From contig CAWIYV010000010.1 in the NCBI GenBank assembly GCA_963840455.1, positions 352,001-416,000 of the forward strand: a stretch of 64,000 nt of DNA, in the 5' to 3' direction. Below the pieces are notes generated by a model. It ran no database searches and was not told the origin of the DNA. It saw only the letters and a program-made list of their open reading frames with translations. This DNA comes from Nitrospirota bacterium (GTDB taxonomy: Bacteria > Nitrospirota > UBA9217). Below, one piece after another: positions 8,047 to 17,742 of the stretch. Every line of letters starts with the position of its first letter. Position 1 is the stretch's first letter. Position numbers and translations under genes: made by a program.

Positions 8047-9987
8047 ATGGGCAAGAACATCGTCACAAAAATATTGGAATCGCATCTCGTGGAAGGCAAA
8101 CTCGAGCCGGGGACCGAGATCTCCATCCGCATCGACCAGACGCTGACCCAGGATGCCACCGGCACCATGGCCTACCTCCAGTTCGAGGCCATGGGCGTGC
8201 CGCGCGTCAGGACCGAGCTTTCAGTGAGCTATGTTGACCACAACACCCTGCAGGACGGATATGAGAATGCTGACGACCACCGCTACCTGCAGACCGTGGC
8301 CGCGAAATACGGCGTCTATTACTCCAAGGCCGGGAACGGCATCTGCCACCAGGTGCACCTGGAGCGCTTCAGCAGGCCGGGCAGGACCCTCCTGGGCTCC
8401 GACTCCCACACACCCACGGGCGGCGGTATCGGGATGCTGGCCATTGGCGCGGGGGGGCTCGATGTCGCCGTTGCCATGGGCGGCGGGCCGTTCTACATGA
8501 CCTGTCCGAAGGTCGCGAAGGTAAACCTGACGGGAAAGCTCCAGCCTTGGGTATCGGCAAAGGATGTGATCCTCGCCCTGCTCGAGACCATGACCACCAG
8601 GGGGAACGTGGGCACGGTACTAGAATACGGGGGCGACGGCGTAAAGACCCTCTCGGTCCCTGAACGCGCGACCATCACGAACATGGGCGCAGAGCTCGGT
8701 GTCACCACCTCGATCTTCCCGAGCGATGAGATCACCCGCCGGTTCCTCACGGCCCAGCGGCGCGGGGACCAGTGGGCAGGTTTTTCCGCAGATCCCGACG
8801 CGACCTACGACCGGGTGATCGACCTGGACCTCGGAAGTATCGTACCGCGCATGGCAAGGCCTCACTCGCCGGACAACATCGCGACGGTGAAGGAACTGGC
8901 AGGAACGAAGGTCGACCAGGTGATGATCGGTTCCTGCACCAACTCCTCGTACCGGGACCTGATGACGGTCGCATCCCTGCTGAAGGGGAAAAAGGTCCAG
9001 CGTGATGTAAGCTTCGGCGTGGCCCCGGGCTCGCGGCAGGTGCTCGAAATGATCGCGCAGAACGGCGTCCTCGCAGACATTGTCACGTCCGGCGCGCGCA
9101 TCCTTGAGTCCACCTGCGGGTTCTGCATCGGCGCAGGACAGGCGCCCAGGACCGACGCGGTCTCTATCCGCACGAACAACCGGAACTTCGAAGGGCGTTC
9201 AGGAACCAAGAGCGCAAAGGTCTATCTTGCCAGCCCCGAGACGGCTGTCGCCGCCGCACTCACCGGCGTCATCACCGACCCCCGCGACCTGGGGATCCCC
9301 TGCCCGGCAATCGAAATGCCTGTCGAGTTCTGGATCGATGACAGCATGGTCCTTTCCCCGTCTGATGCGCCTGACACCGTGACCGTAGACCGCGGCCCGA
9401 ACATCGGCGATCCGCCGAAGGCAGAGCCGCTACCCGACGTCATCAAGGGTGTGGTTGCGATCAAAGTGGGCGACAAGATCACCACCGACCACATCATGCC
9501 GGCGGGGTCGAGGCTTAAGTACCGGTCCAATATCCCGAAGTACGCCCAGTTCGTTTTCGAGGGGGTCGATGCGCAGTTCTCGAAGAGGGCGCTCGAGAAC
9601 AAGAACGCTGGCATCCACAATATCGTCGTGGCGGGCTCGAGCTATGGCCAGGGGTCAAGCCGCGAGCACGCGGCCATATGCCCCATGTTCCTGGGCGTCC
9701 GGGCCGTGATCGCAAAGTCCTTCGAACGCATCCACGCCGCGAACTTGATCAATTTCGGCATCCTTCCGCTCACCTTCGCGAACGAGCCGGACTACGCTGT
9801 GCTTGGCGCAGGGAGCGACATCGAGATCGTGGGCATCTTGACCGCACTGAGAACCGGTTCAGACCTGTCGCTTGTTGATCGGACCTCGAAAAAGCGCATC
9901 CCGCTGAAATGCTCATTAAGCGCACGGCAGAGGGAGATCCTGTTGGCCGGCGGCATGCTGAACTTCACAAGAATGAAGGCGACGTAG
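8047..9987 (+). CDS. Aconitate hydratase (short single-chain aconitase family)
   Basis: DQTLTQDATG, GICHQ, GSDSHT, IGSCTN, CGFCIG ([4Fe-4S] ligands), NRNFEGR, TTDHI, YGQGSSREHAA. Confidence 0.92.
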   Translation: MGKNIVTKILESHLVEGKLEPGTEISIRIDQTLTQDATGTMAYLQFEAMGVPRVRTELSVSYVDHNTLQDGYENADDHRYLQTVAAKYGVYYSKAGNGICHQVHLERFSRPGRTLLGSDSHTPTGGGIGMLAIGAGGLDVAVAMGGGPFYMTCPKVAKVNLTGKLQPWVSAKDVILALLETMTTRGNVGTVLEYGGDGVKTLSVPERATITNMGAELGVTTSIFPSDEITRRFLTAQRRGDQWAGFSADPDATYDRVIDLDLGSIVPRMARPHSPDNIATVKELAGTKVDQVMIGSCTNSSYRDLMTVASLLKGKKVQRDVSFGVAPGSRQVLEMIAQNGVLADIVTSGARILESTCGFCIGAGQAPRTDAVSIRTNNRNFEGRSGTKSAKVYLASPETAVAAALTGVITDPRDLGIPCPAIEMPVEFWIDDSMVLSPSDAPDTVTVDRGPNIGDPPKAEPLPDVIKGVVAIKVGDKITTDHIMPAGSRLKYRSNIPKYAQFVFEGVDAQFSKRALENKNAGIHNIVVAGSSYGQGSSREHAAICPMFLGVRAVIAKSFERIHAANLINFGILPLTFANEPDYAVLGAGSDIEIVGILTALRTGSDLSLVDRTSKKRIPLKCSLSARQREILLAGGMLNFTRMKAT

Positions 9988-10019
9988 GATTTGATCTCAT
10001 AGTATATATAGTAGGAATG

Positions 10020-10055
10020 ACAGAGGCCGCATTCTTTTGAGAATGCGGCCTCTGT
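10020..10055. terminator. Intrinsic terminator after aconitase
   Basis: ACAGAGGCCGCATTCT-TTTG-AGAATGCGGCCTCTGT followed by a T-rich tail. Confidence 0.75.
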
Positions 10056-10082
10056 TTATATCTCCTTGACTGGTCACTTCCG

Positions 10083-10132
10083 CTGGATCCAGGATCGCGC
10101 GCTTACCCTGCAGCTTGCTGCAGGAGCTTCAG
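10083..10132 (+). repeat. Dispersed hairpin repeat, short copy G
   Basis: CTGGATCCAGGATCGCGCGCTTACCCTGCAGCTTGCTGCAGGAGCTTCAG. Confidence 0.85.
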
Positions 10133-10180
10133 CAAGACCCTGCGGTTCTTAAGACAAAACAGAGATCTGGCAGGCAGCGG

Positions 10181-10579
10181 TCATATTCTCTCTCTGCACA
10201 TGGGGTGACCGCACCCGCACTTCATCCCGCCGCTGTGCGGAGACTCTCCATAGTCCACGGTTATCTCTTCGCCCGTCCTGATGTCCCGCCGTGCATACAC
10301 CTCGACCCGGTGCCGGAAGATACGCAGGAAGGCATTCGATCGGCAGGAGTGGTTCAGAAGACGGAGGGTGTTTCCTTTCGTGCAGTCGATGGCGTGGGTT
10401 TCGTTCAGGTCGATGAGGCAGAGCCTGCAGCCACCCCGGGCGCGCCTTCGGGCCGTGCGGATGGATATGATGTCGCCGGTGATCTCGCCGATCTTTGCCC
10501 GTCGCGGTATCTGGACAGCCGCGAACACGCCGGTCCCTTCGATCGGACTTGGCGCGCACCTCACCTGGTACTTGATCAT
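10181..10579 (-). CDS. SET-domain protein-lysine methyltransferase
   Basis: SPIEGTGVFA, RLLNHSCRSN, GEEITVDY and a post-SET CxC...C tail (CGCGHPMC). Confidence 0.9.
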   Translation of the reverse strand: MIKYQVRCAPSPIEGTGVFAAVQIPRRAKIGEITGDIISIRTARRRARGGCRLCLIDLNETHAIDCTKGNTLRLLNHSCRSNAFLRIFRHRVEVYARRDIRTGEEITVDYGESPHSGGMKCGCGHPMCRERI

Positions 10580-10586
10580 GGTCGGA

Positions 10587-11612
10587 TCACAGCTTGACTT
10601 CGCGCAGGTATTTCGCGGCGTCCTCGGGAGGCGTTGGATTGATGTAGAAACCCGACCCCCACTCGAATCCGGCGACGCGGGTCAGCCGCGGCATGATCTC
10701 CAGGTGCCAGTGGAAGTCATCGTTCAGAGTGTGCCAGTGGCCGCGGCGCGGAACGCGGTTCGGCGCGGTATAGAGGATATAATTGTAGGGCGGGTTGTCC
10801 AGCACCTTCCCGAGGCGCTGGAGCGTGTTCCGCAGCGTACGGGAGAAGTCCATCATCTCTTCCTTGGTGATGTCCGCGTAGGCGCAGGAATGCTTCTTCG
10901 GATAGACCCACACTTCGAAGGGGAACCGTGCTGCAAAGGGGGTGAAGACCAGGAAGTGGCGCGTCTCCTCGACCAGCCTCGCGGCGTCCGACAGCTCCTG
11001 GCGGATGATGTCGCAGAAGATGCAGCGCTCCTTGTAATCGTAGTACGATTTGGCCCCGTCCAGCTTCTCCTTGACGCGCTTGGGAATGACCGGCGTAGCG
11101 ATGATCTGCGAGTGGGTGTGATTTAAAGCAGAGCCGGCGGCAAAGCCCTGGTTCTTGAGGATCAGCACGTACCGCAGACGCTCGTCGCGCTCGAGGTCAA
11201 GGATGCGGTCACGGTAGGACCACAGAACCCTCTCCACCTGGCTTTCCGGCAGGTCCTCGAGGCGCTGGGCGTGCTCCGGCGTCTCGATGATAATCTCGTG
11301 GGCGCCAATGCCGTTCATCCAGTCGTAGATGCCGCTGCCCTCGCGCTCGAGGTTGCCTTCGACGTGGAGGACGGGGAACTTGCTCGGGATAACGCGGACC
11401 CACCAGCCCTCTTTGTTGGGCTGCGTCTTCTCAGCACGGAAGGAAGCGATCTCGGGCGGTGTTTTGGATTCGTTGCCGCTGCAAAAGGGGCACTCCGCAG
11501 GCGTTACATCGTCTTCGGGCTCTTCGGTGTGATAGTCCTGGGGTTTTTTCGGCCGCTCTGTGGAAATGATGATCCAGCGGCCGACGATAGGGTCCTTGCG
11601 CAAACGTGACAT
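10587..11612 (-). CDS. galT: Galactose-1-phosphate uridylyltransferase
   Basis: LRKDPIVGRW, CPFC, GAHEIIIETP, catalytic HTHSQ, HWHLEIMPR, AGFEWGSG. Confidence 0.92.
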   Translation of the reverse strand: MSRLRKDPIVGRWIIISTERPKKPQDYHTEEPEDDVTPAECPFCSGNESKTPPEIASFRAEKTQPNKEGWWVRVIPSKFPVLHVEGNLEREGSGIYDWMNGIGAHEIIIETPEHAQRLEDLPESQVERVLWSYRDRILDLERDERLRYVLILKNQGFAAGSALNHTHSQIIATPVIPKRVKEKLDGAKSYYDYKERCIFCDIIRQELSDAARLVEETRHFLVFTPFAARFPFEVWVYPKKHSCAYADITKEEMMDFSRTLRNTLQRLGKVLDNPPYNYILYTAPNRVPRRGHWHTLNDDFHWHLEIMPRLTRVAGFEWGSGFYINPTPPEDAAKYLREVKL

Positions 11613-11989
11613 CAGATACCCGGTTTGGCCTTCCGCTCGGTCAGGACCTTGTGGACGATCCGTTTGAGCTCCTTGATGCGGATGGGCTTGTTGATGTATT
11701 CGGCGGCGCCGAGGCTCATGGCTTTGAGGTAGGATTCAACCTCGCCGTAGGCGGTCACCATGATGACGTCGGCCTTTGAGCCGGTCTTGCGGATCTCCTG
11801 CAGCAGCTGGAGCCCGTCCATCCCTGGCATCTTGATATCCGTCACCACAAGGTCGAAAGGAGCGGTTTTGAACCGGGTGAGGCCGTCCTCCCCGTTGATG
11901 GCAAGAGTGACCTCGTAGCCTTCGTCGGTCAGGATCGTGTTAAAAAGCTCACGAGCTCCCTCTTCATCGTCAACAACAAGGATTTTCAT
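11612..11989 (-). CDS. Single-domain response regulator
   Basis: ILVVDDE, VTDIKMPGMDG, VTAYG, YINKP; TGATG overlap with galT. Confidence 0.93.
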   Translation of the reverse strand: MKILVVDDEEGARELFNTILTDEGYEVTLAINGEDGLTRFKTAPFDLVVTDIKMPGMDGLQLLQEIRKTGSKADVIMVTAYGEVESYLKAMSLGAAEYINKPIRIKELKRIVHKVLTERKAKPGI

Positions 11990-12005
11990 CGATTCTCCCG
12001 CATAG

Positions 12006-12031
12006 TTATGATATTGAAATAAATATCATAA
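12006..12031. promoter_or_regulatory. Perfect palindromic operator-like site upstream of the response regulator
   Basis: TTATGATATT-N6-AATATCATAA, overlapping the -10 region downstream of a minus-strand TTGACG (12043-12048). Confidence 0.55.
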
Positions 12032-12121
12032 AAAACCCCAACCGTCAAGGTAAGGGCCGGGAAATCAACAGATCCTCACCGCCAAGTCGCGAATCTGCTG
12101 CCGGCAAAGCCCCTTGTAATA

Positions 12122-12886
12122 TCAACTGTTTCCTTCGTACAAGAGCCGGAGCCCCTGGAGCGTAAGGTCCGGTCTTACTTCGTTGATGGTCTTTGTTTCA
12201 GGCGCGACCAGTTCGGCCAGTCCGCCGGTGGCGATCACCATCGCGTCCGTTCCCAGCTCTTTCTTCATCCGCTCCACGATCCCGTCCACAAGCCCTGCAT
12301 ACCCGAAGAGGATCCCCGCCTGCATGGCGCTGACCGTGTCCCGGCCGATGACCGTGCGCGGCCGGACGAGCTCGACGCGCGGCAGCTTTGCCGCCCGCTG
12401 GTACAGCGCTTCTGCTGATATCTTCACACCGGGCGTGATGGCGCCGCCCAGGTATTCACCATTCTTCGTAACGGCGCAGAACGTTGTGGCCGTCCCGAAA
12501 TCCACGATGATCAGCGGTCCGCCGAAGAGCTTGTACGCCGCCGCCGCGTTTACGATGCGGTCCGCGCCGATCTCCCGGGGATTATCGTATTTAAGCACGA
12601 TCCCCGTCCTGGTCTCGCTGGTCACCACCAGGGGCTCGAGCTTGAAATACTTTCGGCACATTTCGCTCATGATGGGAAGGAGGGGAGGCACCACGCTCGA
12701 GATGATCACCCCGTCGATCTGTTTGAACTCGATGCCTGCGAATCCGAACAGGTCCTTGATGATCATGGCATACTCGTCCGCCGTTATGGAAGCCTTGGTC
12801 CCGATGCGCCAGCTCTCGCGCAGACGTACCCCATCGAACACGCCGAGCACTACGTTCGAGTTGCCTATGTCGATGGCAAGAAGCAT
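12122..12886 (-). CDS. coaX: Type III pantothenate kinase
   Basis: LAIDIGNSN, YDNPREIGADR, IVDFGTATTF, YLGGAI.PG, ATGG. Confidence 0.96.
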   Translation of the reverse strand: MLLAIDIGNSNVVLGVFDGVRLRESWRIGTKASITADEYAMIIKDLFGFAGIEFKQIDGVIISSVVPPLLPIMSEMCRKYFKLEPLVVTSETRTGIVLKYDNPREIGADRIVNAAAAYKLFGGPLIIVDFGTATTFCAVTKNGEYLGGAITPGVKISAEALYQRAAKLPRVELVRPRTVIGRDTVSAMQAGILFGYAGLVDGIVERMKKELGTDAMVIATGGLAELVAPETKTINEVRPDLTLQGLRLLYEGNS

Positions 12887-12976
12887 CTTCCCTCCAAAAC
12901 GATCAAGGTCAAGGGGCCGGGGTCAAGGGTGAGCAGGTTGTGGCTTATCCTGGACCCTTGCTGCTGGACCGGGACC

Positions 12977-13948
12977 CTATGTTTTCACGATCGTCACATC
13001 CCCCGCTGCGACTTGTTGTCGCCTACCATCGTCAAGCTCCACGATGAGCCGGCCCTCTGCATCCACGCCGCAGGCAAGCCCCTCCAGCCTTGTACCTGTT
13101 CCGCTGACCGTCACGCGGTTCCCGAGGGTAACGTTCAGTCCTTCCCACGCCTTAAGCACCTCAGCATCGTCCTTGAGGAAGCGCTGATACCAGTTGTCAA
13201 GCCCGGCCAGCAGCTCTCTTACGAAAGAGGTCCGGTCAATGGGAGCGCCCGTTTCGGCGGCAAGGGTCGTTGCTGTCCTCCGCACGTCAGGCGGCAGTTC
13301 CCGCGCGTCCATGTTCACATTCACGCCGATGCCAAGCACAATGTGCCTGATCCGGTCCGGCTCGGCGCTCATCTCGGTGAGCAGGCCGGCGATCTTTTTT
13401 CCGGAGACCAGGACATCGTTCGGCCACTTGATCCCTGCCGGGACTTTGAGATGCTCCCGGACCGCGGCGGCAAGGGCCACCGCTCCCATGAGCGTTATGA
13501 GCGGCGCCTTGTGTACGGGAACTGCTGGCCGAAGAATGACGCTCAGGTACAGGTTGCCTCGCGGCGATACCCACGTCCGGCCCAGCCTGCCCTTTCCCCC
13601 CGTCTGGGTCTCGGTGATCACGACCGTCCCGTCCAGGGCACCTTTCTGCGCAAGGTCCATGGCAAGGGTGTTCGTCGAACCGATCACGGCATGATGAACG
13701 ATCTCTCTGCCGACGGTCCTGGTCCTCAGTCGCCGCTTCACGTCGCTGATGACGATGACATCGGGCGCCGTTGTCAGGCGGTATCCTTTTGAGGGGATGG
13801 CTTCAATACGATATCCTTCTCGTTCAAGGGCCTTGATATGCTTCCAGACCGCCGTGCGGGATACGCCCATCGATGCTGCCAGGTCTGCGCCGGACACGAA
13901 CCCGGACCGGGTGGCGCGAAGCAAGAGAAGGATATCGTCTTTGTTCAT
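12977..13948 (-). CDS. birA: Bifunctional biotin-protein ligase / repressor
   Basis: N-terminal HTH (SGADLA...VSRTAVWKHI), STN, QTGGKGRLGRTW, IKWPND, KIAGLL, GIGVNVN. Confidence 0.96.
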   Translation of the reverse strand: MNKDDILLLLRATRSGFVSGADLAASMGVSRTAVWKHIKALEREGYRIEAIPSKGYRLTTAPDVIVISDVKRRLRTRTVGREIVHHAVIGSTNTLAMDLAQKGALDGTVVITETQTGGKGRLGRTWVSPRGNLYLSVILRPAVPVHKAPLITLMGAVALAAAVREHLKVPAGIKWPNDVLVSGKKIAGLLTEMSAEPDRIRHIVLGIGVNVNMDARELPPDVRRTATTLAAETGAPIDRTSFVRELLAGLDNWYQRFLKDDAEVLKAWEGLNVTLGNRVTVSGTGTRLEGLACGVDAEGRLIVELDDGRRQQVAAGDVTIVKT

Positions 13949-13952
13949 CGTA

Positions 13953-14001
13953 GTGAAGCTCCCTGCAGCGAGCTGCGGGGAATGCGCGCTCCTGGATCCA
14001 G
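13953..14001 (-). repeat. Dispersed hairpin repeat, short copy E
   Basis: Minus strand CTGGATCCAGGAGCGCGCATTCCCCGCAGCTCGCTGCAGGGAGCTTCAC, 4 nt before the birA ATG. Confidence 0.9.
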
Positions 14002-14060
14002 CCCATGGCCGGACAACGCCTGTCGAACATCATGACCGCAATAACGGTCCTCAGGATCCT

Positions 14061-14888
14061 TTATTTTATTTTCATGCTGATATCAGCGGCAGGGGCGGAG
14101 TGGGTCAGGCTTCCGGACGAAATGAAATCGACGCCGGTCTCCCCTATCTCCTTCACCGTATCGAGGGTGACGTTGCCCGATGCTTCCACCAGAACGCGGC
14201 CGCCCACGATGTTCACCGCCTGTTTCATGAGATTCGGCGGCATATTATCGAGCAGGAGCATCGTGGCACCGGCCGCCAGGGCCTCGCGGACCTCGTCCAA
14301 TGTCTTCACCTCAACCTCGATCTTCAGGAGCGGATGAACCTTCTTCCGTATGTCAGCCATGGCCTTGATGATGCCGCCGGCCGCCGCGATGTGGTTGTCC
14401 TTGACCAGTATGCCATCGTACAGCCCGAAGCGGTGGTTCCTGCCGCCGCCCATGCGCACTGCGTATTTTTCCAGCGCCCTCAGCCCGGGGAGGGTCTTTC
14501 GGGTGTCCAGGATCTCGGCGCGGGAGCCCTTCAGGACCTCGACGAACCTTGCCGTATGCGTCGCGATGCCCGATAGATGTTGCATCACGTTCAAGGCGAC
14601 ACGCTCACCCGCCAAAAGCGCCCGTGTTTTTCCTTGGACCTGGGCGATGATGGACCCGGACAGCACCCGGCTCCCATCGTGGGCGAGCGGTGTGAACTGG
14701 ACCCAGGGATCGAGCTTCCGGAAGACCTCGCGGGCGACGAGGATGCCGGCCAGCACCAGGTCCTGTTTCGCGATGATCTCGGCCGTGGCCGAGGCCTCCT
14801 CCGGGATCACCGCCTCCGAGGTGATGTCCCCCGGACCGATGTCCTCAAAGAGGGCCTCTTCGATCAGTTTTCTTATGAGATGTTCCAT
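14061..14888 (-). CDS. nadC: Nicotinate-nucleotide pyrophosphorylase (quinolinate phosphoribosyltransferase)
   Basis: GDITS, LAGERVALN, DTRKT.PGLR, NHRFGLYD, KDNH, LLDNM, EASGNV. Confidence 0.96.
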   Translation of the reverse strand: MEHLIRKLIEEALFEDIGPGDITSEAVIPEEASATAEIIAKQDLVLAGILVAREVFRKLDPWVQFTPLAHDGSRVLSGSIIAQVQGKTRALLAGERVALNVMQHLSGIATHTARFVEVLKGSRAEILDTRKTLPGLRALEKYAVRMGGGRNHRFGLYDGILVKDNHIAAAGGIIKAMADIRKKVHPLLKIEVEVKTLDEVREALAAGATMLLLDNMPPNLMKQAVNIVGGRVLVEASGNVTLDTVKEIGETGVDFISSGSLTHSAPAADISMKIK

Positions 14889-14956
14889 GTTCGTGCATCA
14901 CCTCGATAGGTATTTTTCAACGGACCGACCGCAGCCGGCATGCTACCGTTCGCGCA

Positions 14957-17653
14957 TCACTTACCCAGCAACGCGAGGCTCTGCTCCAGCTTGTCCCTCA
15001 TTGCCTTCAGCTCCTCAAGCCGCGCTGTATCTTTCTCAACAACGGCTTTCGGTGCCTTATCCACAAAGCTCTTGTTCGACAACTTCTTGGAGAACATTTC
15101 GATATCCTTGGACGTCTTTGCAATTTCTTTCATCAGGCGATCACGCTCCGCGTCTTTATCAATAACCTGGTCCGAAGTGACATAGATCTCTGCGCCGCGG
15201 ATCGTGCCCGTTGACGATCCCTCCGGCTTTGTTGTGTCGAGAGCTATTGCTATGTGTGACAACCCGGATAAAGATGTCACATACCCGGCGGTTTGTTCAA
15301 GGTTCTTAACAACATTCTCGTTCTCAGCACGGATGTTCGCCCTGACTCGCTCTCGAGGTGATATATTCATCTCACCGCGGATATTCCTAATGGAAAGGAT
15401 TGCATCCATAGGCAAGCGCATGGATTGCTCGATGGCTTCGTTGATATATTTTTCGTCCGACTTTGGGAAGGAGGCTATCATTATCGACTCTTCCTCCCCC
15501 CTGATCTTCCTTGGAAGCTTCTGCCAGATCTCTTCCGTAATAAAAGGCATGATCGGATGGAGCAGGCGTAAGGTAGTTTCCAGCGTCATGACGAGCGTCG
15601 TCTGTGCCGCCTTCTTCTTGTTCGGCTCTTCATCCTTCAGGGCCGATTTGGAAAGCTCAACGTACCAGTCACAGTATTCGTGCCAGATGAACTGGTAGAG
15701 CGATGAAGCCGCATCATTGAACCGATACTCGGCGAGGGCGGACTGCACCTCCCGGGTAACGGTGTTCAACCGCGAAACGATCCAACGGTCAGCAAGCGAC
15801 GAGTCGTTCACCAGGACCCGGTCGTTCGGCACGAATCCTTCTTCGAGGTTCATCATAACGAAGCGGCTGGCGTTCCAGATCTTATTCGCGAAGTTCCGAT
15901 AGCCCTCAATGCGCTCAGCAGACATCTTGATGTCGCGGCCCTGCGCCGCGAAAGCCGTGAGCGTGAACCGGAAGGCATCAGTTCCGAACTGCTCGGTCAT
16001 TTCCAGTGGGTCGATGACGTTCCCCTTGGACTTGCTCATCTTCTGACCCTCGGCATCGCGCACCAGAGCGTGGATATACACATCGCGGAACGGGACCGCC
16101 TCCATGAAATGGAGGCCCATCATGATCATCCGGGCTACCCAGAAGAAGATGATGTCGAAGCTCGTGACCAGTACGGAGGTCGGATAGTAGGTCGAAAGGT
16201 CCTTCGTCCTTTCGGGCCAGCCGAGCGTCGAGAATGGCCAAAGTGCCGATGAGAACCAGGTGTCGAGGACATCGGTCTCCTGCCGGAGGTTCTTGCTCCC
16301 GCACTTCGCGCAGGCGGACGGGTCCGTCCGACTCACCGTTATGGTGCCGCAGTCGTCGCAGTACCACGCCGGGATGCGGTGTCCCCACCAGATCTGGCGC
16401 GAGATGCACCAGTCCTTGATGTTCCGCATCCAGTCGAAGTACGTGTTCTCCCAGCCCCGGGGATGGAACCGGATGCTGCCGTCCTCGACAGCCGTAATGG
16501 CAGGCGCGGCCAGCGGCCCGGTCTTTACGAACCACTGGGGAGAGAGGTACGGCTCGACCACGGTCTTACAGCGGTAGCACTTCCCGATCGAATGGTCGTG
16601 GTCCTCTGTCTTGACAAGGAACCCCCGCTCGCTTAACAGCTCGGCAATCATGCCCCGCGCTCTCTTTGCTGGCTTGCCCGTGATCAGCTTCAGGACGTCG
16701 GCATGAACGTCAGGGATGTCTGCAAGGACCTCCGCCTGGTCGTTCAGGATCTTGACCCGTCCGAGGTTCGGCGTCTGGCGCATGCCGGCCTCGTAGTCGT
16801 TGAAGTCATGGGCAGGAGTGACCTTCACGGCGCCGGTCCCGAACTCAAGGTCCACCAAGATGGAATCGCCGACCACCGGTATCCTCCGGTCCGTCAGAGG
16901 AAGGTCGACGGTCTTGCCGATAAGATCCTTGTACCGCGGATCCAGCGGATGCACAGCCACGGCCGTGTCTCCCAGCATGGTCTCGGGCCGCGTCGTTGCC
17001 ACGGTGAGCCGGATATTGTGGTCATGGGAGAGCGGATACGCTATGTGGTAGAGCTTCCCCTTTTCATCCTCGTGCTCTACCTCGATGTCCGAAAGCGCTG
17101 TGTGGCATCGGGGACACCAGTTGATGAGCCGCTCGCCCCGGTAGATGAGCCCCTCTTCATAAAGCCGAACGAACACTTCCCGAACGGCCTTCGAAAGACC
17201 TTCGTCCATGGTGAAGCGTTCGCGGTCCCAGTCGCAGGACGCGCCGAGCCGCTTAAGCTGGCTGATGATCCTTCCGCCGTACTCTTTCTTCCACTCCCAC
17301 ACCTTCTCGACGAACGCGTCGCGGCCCATGACATGGCGGTCCACGTTCTCCTTGGCGAGCTTTCGCTCGACCACATTCTGCGTCGCAATGCCTGCGTGGT
17401 CGGTACCCGGCACCCACAGGGTATTCCTGCCTGACATGCGCATCCACCGCACAAGAATGTCCTGGATCGTGGAATTCAGCGCGTGGCCGATATGAAGCTG
17501 TCCGGTGACGTTTGGCGGCGGTATGACGATCGAGAAGTGCCGGCCTCCTGCGTTCTCATCGGCATGAAAATACTTTTTCTTCAGCCAATAGTCGTACCAT
17601 GCCTGTTCCACCGTTTTCGGTTCGTACGACTTTGACAATTCGTTGGAAGACAT
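14957..17653 (-). CDS. valS: Valine--tRNA ligase
   Basis: PPPNVTG.LHIGH, GTDHAGIATQ, DWCISRQIWWGH, DVLDTWFSS, KMSKS, C-terminal coiled coil. Confidence 0.98.
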   Translation of the reverse strand: MSSNELSKSYEPKTVEQAWYDYWLKKKYFHADENAGGRHFSIVIPPPNVTGQLHIGHALNSTIQDILVRWMRMSGRNTLWVPGTDHAGIATQNVVERKLAKENVDRHVMGRDAFVEKVWEWKKEYGGRIISQLKRLGASCDWDRERFTMDEGLSKAVREVFVRLYEEGLIYRGERLINWCPRCHTALSDIEVEHEDEKGKLYHIAYPLSHDHNIRLTVATTRPETMLGDTAVAVHPLDPRYKDLIGKTVDLPLTDRRIPVVGDSILVDLEFGTGAVKVTPAHDFNDYEAGMRQTPNLGRVKILNDQAEVLADIPDVHADVLKLITGKPAKRARGMIAELLSERGFLVKTEDHDHSIGKCYRCKTVVEPYLSPQWFVKTGPLAAPAITAVEDGSIRFHPRGWENTYFDWMRNIKDWCISRQIWWGHRIPAWYCDDCGTITVSRTDPSACAKCGSKNLRQETDVLDTWFSSALWPFSTLGWPERTKDLSTYYPTSVLVTSFDIIFFWVARMIMMGLHFMEAVPFRDVYIHALVRDAEGQKMSKSKGNVIDPLEMTEQFGTDAFRFTLTAFAAQGRDIKMSAERIEGYRNFANKIWNASRFVMMNLEEGFVPNDRVLVNDSSLADRWIVSRLNTVTREVQSALAEYRFNDAASSLYQFIWHEYCDWYVELSKSALKDEEPNKKKAAQTTLVMTLETTLRLLHPIMPFITEEIWQKLPRKIRGEEESIMIASFPKSDEKYINEAIEQSMRLPMDAILSIRNIRGEMNISPRERVRANIRAENENVVKNLEQTAGYVTSLSGLSHIAIALDTTKPEGSSTGTIRGAEIYVTSDQVIDKDAERDRLMKEIAKTSKDIEMFSKKLSNKSFVDKAPKAVVEKDTARLEELKAMRDKLEQSLALLGK

Positions 17654-17742
17654 GAAGCGCGCTCTCCTTGATGGCCCTGCTGCGGCCGCTCGGCCGTTCC
17701 GTGTCGTGGCGGATGCAGTGACTAAACGCTATTCTTTGTTCG

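Noticed and set aside
15058-15066. DnaA box TTATCCACA
   Set aside because: Single occurrence inside valS coding sequence, with no cluster or AT-rich unwinding element.
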